Positions 21,079-31,822 of a stretch of DNA of 64,000 nucleotides are shown here, in pieces. The stretch is from Candidatus Bathyarchaeota archaeon (GTDB lineage Archaea > Thermoproteota > Bathyarchaeia > Bathyarchaeales > Bathycorpusculaceae). The DNA lies in NCBI GenBank assembly GCA_963833575.1, contig CAWHXY010000004.1, positions 896,001 through 960,000 of the forward strand, given 5' to 3'. Under the pieces are notes generated by a model. The model saw nothing but the letters and a program-made list of their open reading frames with translations, did no database searches and was not told the DNA's origin. The stretch's first letter is position 1; each line of letters opens with the position of its first letter. Made by a program: the position numbers and the translations under genes.

Positions 21079-22491
21079 ATGTCTATGTTTAAAGATATAC
21101 CTGTTGAAGTTGGCGTAATATTCGAAGGCGAACGTATCCGAAGAAATGACATGCAAGTAGAACTCGGCGGACCCACTGTAAAACAAAAGTTTGAATTAGC
21201 TAAAGTAAAACCCATGGATGAAGTCGAAGATGGAAAAATTACCATCATCGGCCCAGACTTAAAAGACCTGAAAGAAGGCGGCGCATACCCCTTCGGTATT
21301 CTTGTCGAAGCTGCAGGCGCAAAACTTGACCAAGGCCTCGAAGGAGTTATTGAAAGGCGCATTCACGGCTATCTGAACTACATCGAAGGCTTCATGCACC
21401 TCAATCAGCGTTATGACATCTGGATACGCATTGGCAAAAAATCATTCCAAAAAGGTTTGAACAGTTTTGAACCAATCGGCAAAGTTCTCTTACGCTTATT
21501 CAAGAGTGAACTACCAATTATTGAGAAAGTGCAAATTACCTTCATAACAGACCCAGCAAAACTAGAAGAAATGACTCCTGAAGCAATGCAAGCATATGAA
21601 TCACGCGATGCAAAAGCCAGAGGCCTCAAAGACTCAGAAGTAGACACATTCTATGGTTGTGCGCTCTGCCAATCATTTGCACCAAGCCACGTCTGCATAA
21701 TTACACCTCAAAGGTACAGCAACTGCGGCGCAATCAGCTGGTTTGACGGCAAAGCCTCAGCAAGCATTGATCCGAAAGGTCCAGTATTCGCTATTCCAAG
21801 AGGAGAAATGATCAACGAAGAGAAAGGCGAGTTCTCAGGCGTCAACGAAGCCGCGAAAAAACGTACCATGGGCGAAGTTAACCAAGTTTGGCTCTACACA
21901 GCATTTGACCACCCACACACTTCATGCGGATGCTTCGAAGCAGTAACATTCTATATCCCTGAAGTCGACGGATTAGCAGTAGTAAACAGAGCCTTCAAAG
22001 GTGCAGCTGTAAACGGCTTACCCTTCAGCACTATCGCAGATTCAGCCGCAGGCGGAAGACAAATTGACGGGTTCCACGGAATGTCCATTGAATACATGAG
22101 AAGCAAAAAATTCTTCGCTGCAGACGGTGGATGGAACCGAATAGTTTGGGTACCTAAAGAAGTCAAAGAAAAAGTGAAAGACTTCATACCCCCAGAACTC
22201 GTTGATAAAATAGCGACTGAAGAAGACGCAAAGAACGTAGATGAACTCAAAGCTTTCCTTAAAGCTAAGAATCACCCAGTCGTCGCAAGATGGGAAAAAG
22301 AAGAAGCACCAGTAGCAGAAGCACCAACAATGCAAATTAATGAAGAAGCAGCAGGAACAATGATGCCAGTTGCAACAGCAGGCACACTCCCAATAATGGC
22401 CGGCGGATTCAAAATCATACTTAAAGACGCAAAAATCTATGCAAACAAAGTCATCATAACAACAGTCAAAGACGACAAAGACAAACGGTGA
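21079..22491 (+). CDS. cdhC: ACDS complex beta subunit (acetyl-CoA synthase)
   Basis: FYGCALCQSFAPSHVC, HTSCGCFE. Confidence 0.96.
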   Translation: MSMFKDIPVEVGVIFEGERIRRNDMQVELGGPTVKQKFELAKVKPMDEVEDGKITIIGPDLKDLKEGGAYPFGILVEAAGAKLDQGLEGVIERRIHGYLNYIEGFMHLNQRYDIWIRIGKKSFQKGLNSFEPIGKVLLRLFKSELPIIEKVQITFITDPAKLEEMTPEAMQAYESRDAKARGLKDSEVDTFYGCALCQSFAPSHVCIITPQRYSNCGAISWFDGKASASIDPKGPVFAIPRGEMINEEKGEFSGVNEAAKKRTMGEVNQVWLYTAFDHPHTSCGCFEAVTFYIPEVDGLAVVNRAFKGAAVNGLPFSTIADSAAGGRQIDGFHGMSIEYMRSKKFFAADGGWNRIVWVPKEVKEKVKDFIPPELVDKIATEEDAKNVDELKAFLKAKNHPVVARWEKEEAPVAEAPTMQINEEAAGTMMPVATAGTLPIMAGGFKIILKDAKIYANKVIITTVKDDKDKR

Positions 22492-23729
22492 TTTCTACGC
22501 CCCAAAACGACACAGACAAAGACAAAAAGAAAGACAATGAAGGATTAATACTAAGCGAAGAATTACTTAATGCGCTCGCAAAATTCCAGCAAATAGAGCT
22601 GCAAGACTTCCAAATGGACGTCAAGGACTTGGAAATAGTCTTTGAACCCGGCATGGCTGGACAAATAATGCCCAAACTAAAGCTTCCAGGCGCAGTAGCA
22701 GGCGGAAAACCAATTTCAATGCTACAGGTGCCTTTCCTGCCGCCAATCGAAACTTACCCAAACAAAATTACCGAAGTAACACTTGGGGCAACAAGAAAAG
22801 ACGGCGGCACACGCGGAAAATCATTCACTATAGGCGGAGAAGTCTCCCCTGCTTTCTACAGTTTTGAGAACCCAATGCCTCACAAACCAGTAATTACCCT
22901 TGACGTTTTCGACATGGAAGTTCCATTAAGCAAAGCCGTCAAAATGCACGTAAAAGACGTCGTTGGCGACCCAGCAGCATGGGCAAAACTAGCCGTAGAA
23001 AAATTTGGCGCGGACATGGTAACAGTCCACTTAATCAGCATAGATCCCTTACTGAAAGACGCTACACCAAAAGATGCAGTAAAAACCGTTGAAAAAGTTC
23101 TTCAAGCAGTTGACGTACCACTTGTTATCGGTGGATGCGGAGACCCAGTTAAAGATGCAGATGTTTTCGAAGCAATATGCGAAGCCTTCCCTGGAGAGCG
23201 GTTCCTAATCAGTTCAGTAACACGCGACATGGACGTCGAACGATGTGCAAAATACATAAAGAAAGCAGGTCACGCGGTCCTATCATTCACTCCAATGGAC
23301 CTTAACTTAGCACGAGAACTAAACAGACGACTATACGACTTCCTTGGAAGAGAAGACATAGTTATGGACTTAACAACTGCTGCATTAGGCTACGGTTTAG
23401 ACTACGCATTCACAAACATGGAACGCGCACGAATAGGCGGATTAATGGGCGATTCCGAGTTAGCTCATCCAATGTCCTCAGGCACAACCAACGCTTGGGC
23501 AGCCCGTGAAGCATGGCTAAAGATGTCAGCTGAATGGGAACCACGCGAACTTAGAGGTCCACTTTGGGAAGTAACCACGGCATTGACATTATTGCTTGCA
23601 GGCGTTGATCTATTCATGATGATGCACCCAGCAGCCGTAAAAACACTAAAAGACGTCACAAACTACATGACAAGCGGCAAAAAAGCCGACCCATCAAAAT
23701 ACGCAAGCTGGGTTACAGTAAAAGCTTAA
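22488..23729 (+). CDS. cdhD: ACDS complex delta subunit (CFeSP small)
   Basis: DPAAWAK..VEKFGAD, ALGYGLDY, NAWAAREAW, MMMHP. Confidence 0.95.
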   Translation: MISTPQNDTDKDKKKDNEGLILSEELLNALAKFQQIELQDFQMDVKDLEIVFEPGMAGQIMPKLKLPGAVAGGKPISMLQVPFLPPIETYPNKITEVTLGATRKDGGTRGKSFTIGGEVSPAFYSFENPMPHKPVITLDVFDMEVPLSKAVKMHVKDVVGDPAAWAKLAVEKFGADMVTVHLISIDPLLKDATPKDAVKTVEKVLQAVDVPLVIGGCGDPVKDADVFEAICEAFPGERFLISSVTRDMDVERCAKYIKKAGHAVLSFTPMDLNLARELNRRLYDFLGREDIVMDLTTAALGYGLDYAFTNMERARIGGLMGDSELAHPMSSGTTNAWAAREAWLKMSAEWEPRELRGPLWEVTTALTLLLAGVDLFMMMHPAAVKTLKDVTNYMTSGKKADPSKYASWVTVKA

Positions 23730-23735
23730 GGAGAT

Positions 23736-25169
23736 ATGACTGAAATGGCAGAAAAGAAAAAAGGCGGATTAAAAGAACTTAGCCCCATACTCATTTACAA
23801 GTCCTTGCCAAAAATTAACTGCAAAGAATGCGGCGTCGACAACTGCATGGCATTCGCCACCAAGATTGTCAACCGAGAAGTTGAACTAGACAGCTGCAAA
23901 CCACTCCTCAAACCAGAAAACGCCAAATCCTACGCCGTACTCAAAGAACTCCTAAAACCAGCAGTAAAAGAAGTTATTGTTGGCGTTGGCGACAAAGCAA
24001 AGAAAATCGGCGGAAAGCTTGTCATGTACCGCCATGAATTCACTTACAAAAACCCCACAGCCATCGCAATTGATGTAACTGACGAAATGCCCGAGAATGA
24101 AGTAGTTGCCCGTGTCCAAAAAACAGAAAACTTCACTTTCGAATACATCGGCAATACACTAAAACTAGACATGATAGCAATTAGATGCACCTCAGAAGAT
24201 GCAGACAAATTCAAAGCGATTGTCAAGAAAGTTTCAGAAACAACCAAACTACCCATGATACTTTGCACCCTAAACCCAACAATCGCAGAAGCAGGCTTAA
24301 TGGCTTCACCAAAAGCAAGACCACTACTCTACGCAGCAACCACAACCAACTGGAAAGACATGGCAGAACTCGCAATAATGTATGATTGTCCATTAGTGGC
24401 GTCGGCACCTAACGATATGACTGCACTCGTATCTCTTGCAAAGACATTGATGACGTACGGGGTAAAAGACATAGTTTTAGATCCAGGCACATTCATCAAC
24501 GAAGGATTACCCGACACAATTAACAATTTCACAATGCTCCGAAGAGCAGCAACCAAAGGCGGCGAGGAACTAGCAGGTTTACCATTACTTGGCGTGCCCA
24601 TGGTAGCTTGGGTAGACAAAGGAGACACAGCCGACGACCTAATCAAATGGCGAGAAGCATATGTAGCGTCAATGCTTATCGTCCGATACGCAGACGTACT
24701 CATAATGCACGGCGACAGCGGATGGTCACTTCTACCGACCGCAGTATTGCGCCAGAACATTTACACGGACCCACGCAAGCCAGTCGCAGTAGCTCCAGGA
24801 CTCAAAGTCTACGGCACACCCGACGAAAACTCACCAGTAATGTTCACAACAAACTTCGCATTAACCTACTACACAGTAGCCTCAGACATAGAAAGCAACA
24901 AACTCAACGCCTACCTAATCGTAGTCGAAACAGAAGGCTCAGCAATCGACAGCGGAGTCGCAGGACGCAAACTAACCGCAGAAAGAGTCGCAGACGCAAT
25001 CAAAGCATCAGGCATAGAAAGCAAAGTTAAACACCGAAAAATCATCATCCCAGGCAAAGCCTCACGCATAAGCGGCGAAATCGAAGAACTAAGCGGCTGG
25101 AAAGTACTGGTTGGACCACGCGACAGCAGCGAGATACCAAAGTATCTCATAGAAAAATGGCAACCATAA
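23736..25169 (+). CDS. cdhE: ACDS complex gamma subunit (CFeSP large)
   Basis: LPKINCKECGVDNCMAFA, YTDPRKP, TTNFALTY, GPRDSS. Confidence 0.96.
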   Translation: MTEMAEKKKGGLKELSPILIYKSLPKINCKECGVDNCMAFATKIVNREVELDSCKPLLKPENAKSYAVLKELLKPAVKEVIVGVGDKAKKIGGKLVMYRHEFTYKNPTAIAIDVTDEMPENEVVARVQKTENFTFEYIGNTLKLDMIAIRCTSEDADKFKAIVKKVSETTKLPMILCTLNPTIAEAGLMASPKARPLLYAATTTNWKDMAELAIMYDCPLVASAPNDMTALVSLAKTLMTYGVKDIVLDPGTFINEGLPDTINNFTMLRRAATKGGEELAGLPLLGVPMVAWVDKGDTADDLIKWREAYVASMLIVRYADVLIMHGDSGWSLLPTAVLRQNIYTDPRKPVAVAPGLKVYGTPDENSPVMFTTNFALTYYTVASDIESNKLNAYLIVVETEGSAIDSGVAGRKLTAERVADAIKASGIESKVKHRKIIIPGKASRISGEIEELSGWKVLVGPRDSSEIPKYLIEKWQP

Positions 25170-25529
25170 GCCATCCATTTTTTCCCTTTGTCTTTAATCT
25201 TTTTAAGAAACTTGGTTTTCCGTCTATGAATCCGACACTTTCACAATAGATTTAAGTGCAGATTCGACAAAACTTCATCATGCCACTGATTTCTAAATTC
25301 ATAAGATTTACGGTTTCGTGGGCCTCGTTTATGTACCATACCATAATGCCCCACATTGCAACTTTTGGGTGAAGGGTGAACAAGAGAAGGAGCTTGAGCG
25401 ATTGCTCGCCTAAGTTTGAGCGTAGAAGATATATCATCTTTCTTAAAAAACTATCTGTCAAACCTCAAGACTGGAAAAATCGTAAACCCTTGGAATTTCT
25501 ATTGCGATTTCTTTGCCGAAAAACCGAGA

Positions 25530-26543
25530 TCATGCCAAACTGAAATTGTTTTTGGAGTTCAAGAGTTCGTATGCTCTTCTTAGTTGTTCCTCAGCTTTCT
25601 TACGTTCAGTTGTGGAGATTGTCAACTCTAAAGCGGATACAACATTTCCTTTTTCATCTCTAATTGGGGTAACTATGATTTGTATCCAAAACACTTCTCC
25701 ATTGGAATCTATGTTGGTGTATTCGTGAGAGTCAAAAGTTGCTCCGTTTTTAAAAATCTTTTTTACTCCGCAATCTGGACAAACATCGTTCATTTTGTTG
25801 TAGGTCGAATAGCACAGTTTGTTCCGTTCTCCACCAAACTGCCTTAGAACCTTGTTTGCCCAGATAATTCGATAATTCTTTCCGATGATTGTTAACCCAG
25901 CACCAATATTCTCAGTAACACTTTCTATAATGGATAGTTTTTCCCTCAAATCCTGAGCCAATTTAGCCCGCTCCACAGAGAGTACTATTCCATGTGCCAG
26001 TTCACCGTAAACTGTTTCGGGGTCACCTATCTTGTTGAAGTATCCTATAGCTCCAAGATTTATTGCTTTTATGGCTACTTCTTCTCGACCCTTGCCCGTA
26101 AATATTATGAAGGGGATTTCATTTTTTGTTTCACGTAACTCTTTTAGAAATTGGAGACCGTTTTTCTGAGGCATCTCAAAATCAGAAATTATAATATCAT
26201 AGCTTCCACATGCCAATTTAGAGAACGCTTCTTCAACACTGCTGGCATCGTCAATCTCGAATCTGGCATCCCTATCCATCAATATTTGCTTGGAAACTCG
26301 TAAAATAGATGCATCATCATCAACATGCAAAATATGATAAGAAACCTTTTGAATTGAATCTTCTGTTAGAATATTTTTCTTTTCTTCGCTGAAAATCCTG
26401 CTTTCGGAAAAGGAAACGGGTTCTTCTTGTGAGTTTCTTTCTTTCGTTCGAAACCGCCTTAGCTGCGAAACATAAGCATCAGTGTACAATAAGTATTTAC
26501 TGCGTGACACAAAACAGTGTTTTTTGGATATTTTGTGGAACAT
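25530..26543 (-). CDS. Receiver (REC) plus PAS domain signalling protein; true start likely downstream of 26543
   Basis: ILHVDDD, IISDFEMP..NGL, FTGKG REC motifs followed by PAS/PAC with CPDC. Confidence 0.8.
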   Translation of the reverse strand: MFHKISKKHCFVSRSKYLLYTDAYVSQLRRFRTKERNSQEEPVSFSESRIFSEEKKNILTEDSIQKVSYHILHVDDDASILRVSKQILMDRDARFEIDDASSVEEAFSKLACGSYDIIISDFEMPQKNGLQFLKELRETKNEIPFIIFTGKGREEVAIKAINLGAIGYFNKIGDPETVYGELAHGIVLSVERAKLAQDLREKLSIIESVTENIGAGLTIIGKNYRIIWANKVLRQFGGERNKLCYSTYNKMNDVCPDCGVKKIFKNGATFDSHEYTNIDSNGEVFWIQIIVTPIRDEKGNVVSALELTISTTERKKAEEQLRRAYELLNSKNNFSLA

Positions 26544-26659
26544 CTGTCACCGAAAAATGCCCATTTCTGTAAGTTTTTCGATAGGTTAATCGAAACAAAG
26601 TGTGAGCAATATTTTTTAAGCAACTTATCAGAAATAATAACCAGGCATGAGGTATCGTT

Positions 26660-27112
26660 TTGTCAGTTGTTTTGGATGAATTGGACAAGAAAATCCTTCA
26701 TGAAATTTGCAGCGGAATTCATTCTTATGATGATTTGGCTAAAACACTAAATGTGACTAGAGGAACGGTCTATAGAAGAATAGAAAAGCTGGAAAAAACC
26801 AATGTCATCGAAAAGAAAATTATGGCAATACCAAACTTTGCAGTCCTCAATCTCTCCGCCATAATTTTGGGCATGGAGTTGGCTTACGATGACACTGAAG
26901 AAGTGACGGAAGCTCTCAAGCAACTGCCACATACTAAGCTTCTTTGGAAGTGCTATGGCGCTACTAATTTAGTTGCAGTTCTGAATTGCGAAAAAGGCTG
27001 TGAGGGAGAAACGATAACTAATCTGCGCCAGCTTCTCTCAAAGCTTAGAATTAGCGCAGTCCATGTATCTGTCGGCTTCGAGTGGGCGAAAATAGAAATT
27101 TCGCCATATTGA
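26660..27112 (+). CDS. Lrp/AsnC family regulator
   Basis: LDELDKKIL...LAKTLNVTRGTVYRRIEKLE. Confidence 0.85.
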   Translation: MSVVLDELDKKILHEICSGIHSYDDLAKTLNVTRGTVYRRIEKLEKTNVIEKKIMAIPNFAVLNLSAIILGMELAYDDTEEVTEALKQLPHTKLLWKCYGATNLVAVLNCEKGCEGETITNLRQLLSKLRISAVHVSVGFEWAKIEISPY

Positions 27113-27239
27113 AGAACTCTGGTTTTGGGCATGGTATTCCTAATTGAACATGTTTGCTGGAAAGTCGTAAATGAGCGCCAGAATTGTTAACTGAAACTTT
27201 TTAAGTGCCTGTAAATCAGAGTTTTTAGGGTGATAAAAA

Positions 27240-27398
27240 ATGTCTAGCGAAATGGATAAAATTAAGAAGAAGGTTGAAGAACTTGAAGCGACTGTTAAAA
27301 AGCATACCTCTGCAGCGAAACATACGGATAAGAAAAGGCTTGACGATTTAGACACCTGATTAAAGACGTAAGAGGAAAAAACCAAGAATAAACTATAA
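27240..27398 (+). pseudogene. Small coiled-coil ORF (39 aa to TGA at 27357), apparently continuing through two stops
   Basis: GGGTGA SD; MSSEMDKIKKKVEELEATVKKH...LDDLDT*LKT*EEKTKNKL*. Confidence 0.5.
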
Positions 27399-27662
27399 TT
27401 TTGTTGAAGCAATTTTTTTTCTATCAAGCCTTTTTTCTTGTATGAAAATTTAGTTCTTGAAGTGTCGTTCGCAAAGCTGTTTCCTAATTGTTCAAAAAAG
27501 GTTAAAATTCACCTTTTCCAAAAAGAATCTGAGAAGGAAATGCTTTTGCCAGTGTTTTTTACGGTTGATTGCTGATTTTTCATGTTAATGTTTTTGGCTC
27601 AATAAGCTAACCCATCTGCATTTATTAGTATATTCTTTATTTATCGCTTTAGCTGGTATCCA

Positions 27663-28385
27663 ATGATTGTTCCAATTGATATTGAACTGGTCGCAAAAAA
27701 CGCAAATAGAGTCACTAAAAGGGGAGACGTTATCATCACAATTGATGTTGTCAGAGCTACCACCAGCATCATTGCCTCATTAGCTAATGGAGCCAAAACG
27801 GTAATTCCGGTTCAAACCCTAAAAGAAGCAAAAAAAATACGCAAAGAAAACCCTAATTACCTGCTTGCTGGAGAACGGAAAGGTATCAAACCAGAAGGAT
27901 TTGATCTTGATAACTCACCTATGTCATTATCCAAAGAAAATGTGGAAAACAAAAATCTTATTATGACTACAACTAATGGAACACGAGCTTTAGTACAATC
28001 GAAGGGGTCAAAATGGGTTTTTGTTGGGGCTTTTGTGAATGCTACTGCGGTTGCTCAGAAGAGCATTGGGATAGCAAGCGAGCATGAGGTTGGTATTTCC
28101 TTTGTTCTCGCTGGTCAAGAAAACCATTTTGCGTTGGAGGATTTTATTTGTGCTGGTGGAATAATTAAGACGCTTGCAGAGAACACTGTTGAGTTTTCCG
28201 ACAAGGCATTAGGAGCACTCTTAGCTTTTAAAGGAGCCAAAAATAACCTGCATGAGAATATATGCAAAAGCAAACATGCTCAAGAACTGATGAAAATTGG
28301 GTTTGCCAAGGACATAGAGTTCGCTTGCCAATTAGACCTCTATAATATAGTACCCTTCTATCAAAATGGAGTTATACGGATTTGA
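27663..28385 (+). CDS. comB: 2-phosphosulfolactate phosphatase family protein
   Basis: IDVVRATTSI, AGERKG, FDLDNSP, TTTNGT, LEDFICAG. Confidence 0.9.
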   Translation: MIVPIDIELVAKNANRVTKRGDVIITIDVVRATTSIIASLANGAKTVIPVQTLKEAKKIRKENPNYLLAGERKGIKPEGFDLDNSPMSLSKENVENKNLIMTTTNGTRALVQSKGSKWVFVGAFVNATAVAQKSIGIASEHEVGISFVLAGQENHFALEDFICAGGIIKTLAENTVEFSDKALGALLAFKGAKNNLHENICKSKHAQELMKIGFAKDIEFACQLDLYNIVPFYQNGVIRI

Positions 28386-28489
28386 TCAGTAGTATTCGGT
28401 TAAATGCATTCAAATCATAATTAGCTAACAAATATTATAAAAAAACGTTTTTGCACAATTTAACGCCATGGCTTATTGTTAGTCGAAGT

Positions 28490-28840
28490 CTGCTCTTTTT
28501 AGAACAGAAATTTTCCTGCGAAGACAACCAGAAAACCTCTGTAATCATGCACGCTGTTGGCAAAGCTGCTATTCGGCTACAAGAACAAGTGCTAATGAAG
28601 CTGCCATCCCCGTATTTTTGTAAGTACTGGACAAAGTTGCTGAAACAGCCCTTTTTTGGTCTACTCCATTCTTAAGGATGATAAGGCGGAAGATAATGCC
28701 AACACCGAAAGTTCTAACGACAGCGAGAGCTACTATGATTGCTATGATGACTCCGGCTGAAAATATCATTTCTCTGTTTTCGCCTATCACGGCTATAACT
28801 AGAATGGCAAAGCAAGATGTTGATAAGCATATTGCGTATA
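28490..28840 (-). pseudogene. Fragment of bile acid:sodium symporter-like membrane protein
   Basis: Hydrophobic fragment with YKNTGMAASLAL, bounded by frameshift and stop; limits approximate. Confidence 0.5.
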
Positions 28841-29062
28841 TCGTTAGAAGTTAGAAAACGTTCCCTGCTAATGTACACTTGTCCCAACGACTATCTGATC
28901 AGTTATTAAGAAGCTACTTGGCATTACCTCGTTTAAATGCCAGGGACAAAGCGACGCGCGATTACTATTCGCAGTGGAGTACAATCTCTTTCTCCGCTAC
29001 TCGTCAGACGCCAGAAGCAACGCCGCGATCTCCTATCGCCAAGCATAACGCAGTTGCCGGTT

Positions 29063-29746
29063 TTAGCTTTTCGCTTGATCTTTTTCTAGCCGTCGCCTGT
29101 GCATTCTTGCCACCCAGACTAAAACCAAAGGAACCACCCAAATCAAGAATCGAATCGGGATTCCATTAATCTGGAGCACCCAAAATATTGGAATGGCTGA
29201 AACGAAGAAAAAGGCAGCGGAGAACAACCACACGTTTCTTTCTGATCTAAACGTCTCATTTAGGTCCATTGCAACTAGTTTTCTGTCTTTCGTTGCAATC
29301 TCGTTGCAGAAAAGCCCCAGCATTAGCATCATTCCGCCGACATCCAAAGCGAAAAGAGCGGATGCTGTGTCAAGAAAAGCGGAGGTTTCAACGCCTGCGA
29401 AAGGTCTTTGAAGCAAGTTGAACAGGAATGGCTCAATAGCCACGCAAAACAGGAGCAGAACATTCGCAAAAGTGGTTCTACGTCTTTCCAGCGGTAGCAC
29501 CGACATAATCCGAGTATAACGGAGCCAAATCGAAATGAGAATGTAGAAGCTAACTGCAAAAGTCCCAACGTCCTGATATATTGCCGGGCTCGTTTGTGGC
29601 GGGTTATCAACGAGAGTGATTGCCCCGATGGATAACGCGAGTCCAAACAATAGATCCGAAAGACCCTCAATCCTAGGTTTAGGCTTGGGCGGTTCAAGCT
29701 TCTCATTCTCAGACAGACTGACACCAAATAATCTGGGGACTCGCAC
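29063..29746 (-). CDS. TMEM175 family K+ channel
   Basis: RIEGLSDLLFGLALSI (RxxxFSD-like motif), SFYILISIW, six TM. Confidence 0.8.
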   Translation of the reverse strand: MRVPRLFGVSLSENEKLEPPKPKPRIEGLSDLLFGLALSIGAITLVDNPPQTSPAIYQDVGTFAVSFYILISIWLRYTRIMSVLPLERRRTTFANVLLLFCVAIEPFLFNLLQRPFAGVETSAFLDTASALFALDVGGMMLMLGLFCNEIATKDRKLVAMDLNETFRSERNVWLFSAAFFFVSAIPIFWVLQINGIPIRFLIWVVPLVLVWVARMHRRRLEKDQAKS

Positions 29747-29944
29747 TTATATCAAAATTGTGCCCGCCTGCATGGGTGACCGTTAAGGTCTTCCCAAAAA
29801 CAGGAAGGCCATATAAATACAAGCGGCTTGAAAATTATTTAAAATTTTTTCGTAATAGTTTTGAATGGAAATTAAGAGCAAGCTTGACTGCTCATATGGG
29901 AATAATTCCCCTTCTTCTTAACTATTTAGAAACAACCACATGCG

Positions 29945-30697
29945 TTATGTTGGGTTGCACGGTTTTCCTTTGTCCCAGTAGTAAAGGAAAAGTTCCCTTG
30001 CCCAGTTCACGAACATTTGGTCTTTGCCGTAGAATGCAGCGTAGTCCATTCTTCCTTCGGTTGAAGGCAGACATATTAAGGCTTCTTTTTCTGTGCAAAC
30101 TATTGTTATTGGGGCGTCGGTGAGAGTTCTTATTTCAATATGTGGGACTTCTCCAGAAACATGATTGAAGTTGGGAAGCCTGCTTTCGCAGCCCATGAAT
30201 CTGAATTTGACTCCTTTGGAGATTGGGCCCGTCATCGCTGGACCTAACGATTCTAGGAGTTTTTCGCCCATAGCCCACGCATACGTCTCGGCTTCGCTAA
30301 ACATGTCACCCGCTTTGTTCATGTTTTCAATTGCGTCCATACTCAGCGTGCTCCTTGATAGCTCGCCTATCCTGTTAACAAACTGGTATGGAAGTCGCCA
30401 AACGTCGTGATTTAAAAAGTACTCTTTGTGCTCGAAGGTAAATTCGAGTGATTGAAGAAGCTGCAGAGTTAATTTACCGTAGTTTGTAATTGCGTACGTT
30501 CCATCAGGGAGTCTCTGAACTATAAGTGTCTCGGTTAGGTGTTGTAGCTGTCTGAAAGCTTCAGTGGCTGTTAGATCCAGCTTTCCGGCTAACTCGTTGT
30601 TTTTGAGATTTCGATCTTTGAGTTCGCGTATTATGCTAAGCCTGCTTTCACTTGCAAGATCAAAAAACAGTTTTTCTATTCCTTCATTTTTTTCCAA
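29945..30697 (-). CDS. ArsR-like wHTH regulator with C-terminal archaeal DUF1724-type domain
   Basis: LFFDLASESRLSII HTH; WARELFLYYW C-terminus. Confidence 0.82.
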   Translation of the reverse strand: MEKNEGIEKLFFDLASESRLSIIRELKDRNLKNNELAGKLDLTATEAFRQLQHLTETLIVQRLPDGTYAITNYGKLTLQLLQSLEFTFEHKEYFLNHDVWRLPYQFVNRIGELSRSTLSMDAIENMNKAGDMFSEAETYAWAMGEKLLESLGPAMTGPISKGVKFRFMGCESRLPNFNHVSGEVPHIEIRTLTDAPITIVCTEKEALICLPSTEGRMDYAAFYGKDQMFVNWARELFLYYWDKGKPCNPT

Positions 30698-30816
30698 GCT
30701 GCCTCACCGATGTTAACGCGTATACACTGCTGTAAACGAGTACACATGCCCGTCAAATAAAACTAATGGGTATTGCGACCTATTTGTATTTTGAAGGAAG
30801 CAAAAATGGCGAATGA
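30665..30816. repeat. Duplicated divergent promoter block, copy 1
   Basis: Clear similarity to 33509-33661 (ACCGATGTTAACGCGTA...CGTCAAATAAAACTAATGGG...ATGGCGAATGA). Confidence 0.9.
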
Positions 30817-31822
30817 GTCGATAATCGAAGTTAAACACCTTACAAAAATGTTCAACAAGTTCACAGCTGTAGACGACATATCATTTGATGTAAAAAAAGG
30901 CGAAATCTTCGGGTTACTGGGACCTAACGGAGCAGGCAAAAGCACAACTCTGCGTATGCTCTCCACCTTAGCCAGACCCACAAAAGGAACGGCAACAATA
31001 GCAGGCTACGATATCGTTAAAGACGATACAAAAGTACGCCAGCTCATCGGCATTGTATCCGAAAAAATGATAATGTACAATCGCCTAACCGCCAGAGAAA
31101 ACCTCTGGTTCTTCGGTTGCCTCTTTGACATCCCCAAAGAAGTCTTAACCAAACGTATTGATGAACTTTTAGATATGGTACAACTGACGAAGTGGAAGAA
31201 TTCCCAAGTGGGTACGTTTTCGACTGGCATGCGCCAAAGAATGAATGTAATTCGTGCGCTACTTAACACGCCTCAGGTGCTCTATTTAGATGAACCCACA
31301 TTAGGCTTAGATCCTCAATCTTCCGTTGAAATTAGAGAATTTGTAAAAAAAATGAATCGGGAAAATGGCACAACTGTTGTTTTAACTACACACATGATGG
31401 TTGACGCTGATTTAATGTGTAACCGCATAGCCATCGTTGACCACGGAAAAGTCGTGGCGCTGGATACTTCAGCCAACTTGAAAAAAACAATCTCAGGAAC
31501 AGACACACCCATAGTGAAACTTGTCATACCAAACCTATCTTCAACTCTGGTAGAAAAACTTCAGGCGCTCAAATGCGCGGACGCTGTAACCCAAGAGAGT
31601 CAGATCGAACTTAAGTTTTTGGTTCATGGAGATGACGCGTTAGATAACATTATTGATGCCACAAGAGCAAACGGCGGAAAAATAAGCTCCATGGAAAATC
31701 TTCAACCAACCCTTGAGGATGTATTTCTCCACATTACAGGTCATCAGGTACGTGATAGTGCAGACCAGAAAATTCCAATGGCGAATAGTCGTTTTGGGGC
31801 GCCGCAAGGGAGAATCAGGTGA
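30806..31822 (+). CDS. ABC-2 exporter ATP-binding protein (DrrA-like), start revised to 30806
   Basis: GPNGAGKST, FSTGMRQR, LDEPT, PTLEDVF. Confidence 0.93.
   Translation: MANESIIEVKHLTKMFNKFTAVDDISFDVKKGEIFGLLGPNGAGKSTTLRMLSTLARPTKGTATIAGYDIVKDDTKVRQLIGIVSEKMIMYNRLTARENLWFFGCLFDIPKEVLTKRIDELLDMVQLTKWKNSQVGTFSTGMRQRMNVIRALLNTPQVLYLDEPTLGLDPQSSVEIREFVKKMNRENGTTVVLTTHMMVDADLMCNRIAIVDHGKVVALDTSANLKKTISGTDTPIVKLVIPNLSSTLVEKLQALKCADAVTQESQIELKFLVHGDDALDNIIDATRANGGKISSMENLQPTLEDVFLHITGHQVRDSADQKIPMANSRFGAPQGRIR

Noticed and set aside
27357-27359. In-frame TGA as selenocysteine
   Set aside because: A TAA follows four codons later, there is no redox motif and no SECIS-like evidence
28895-28950. Hammerhead ribozyme (CTGATCAG in a junction)
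   Set aside because: CUGAUGA and GAAA core elements are not both present
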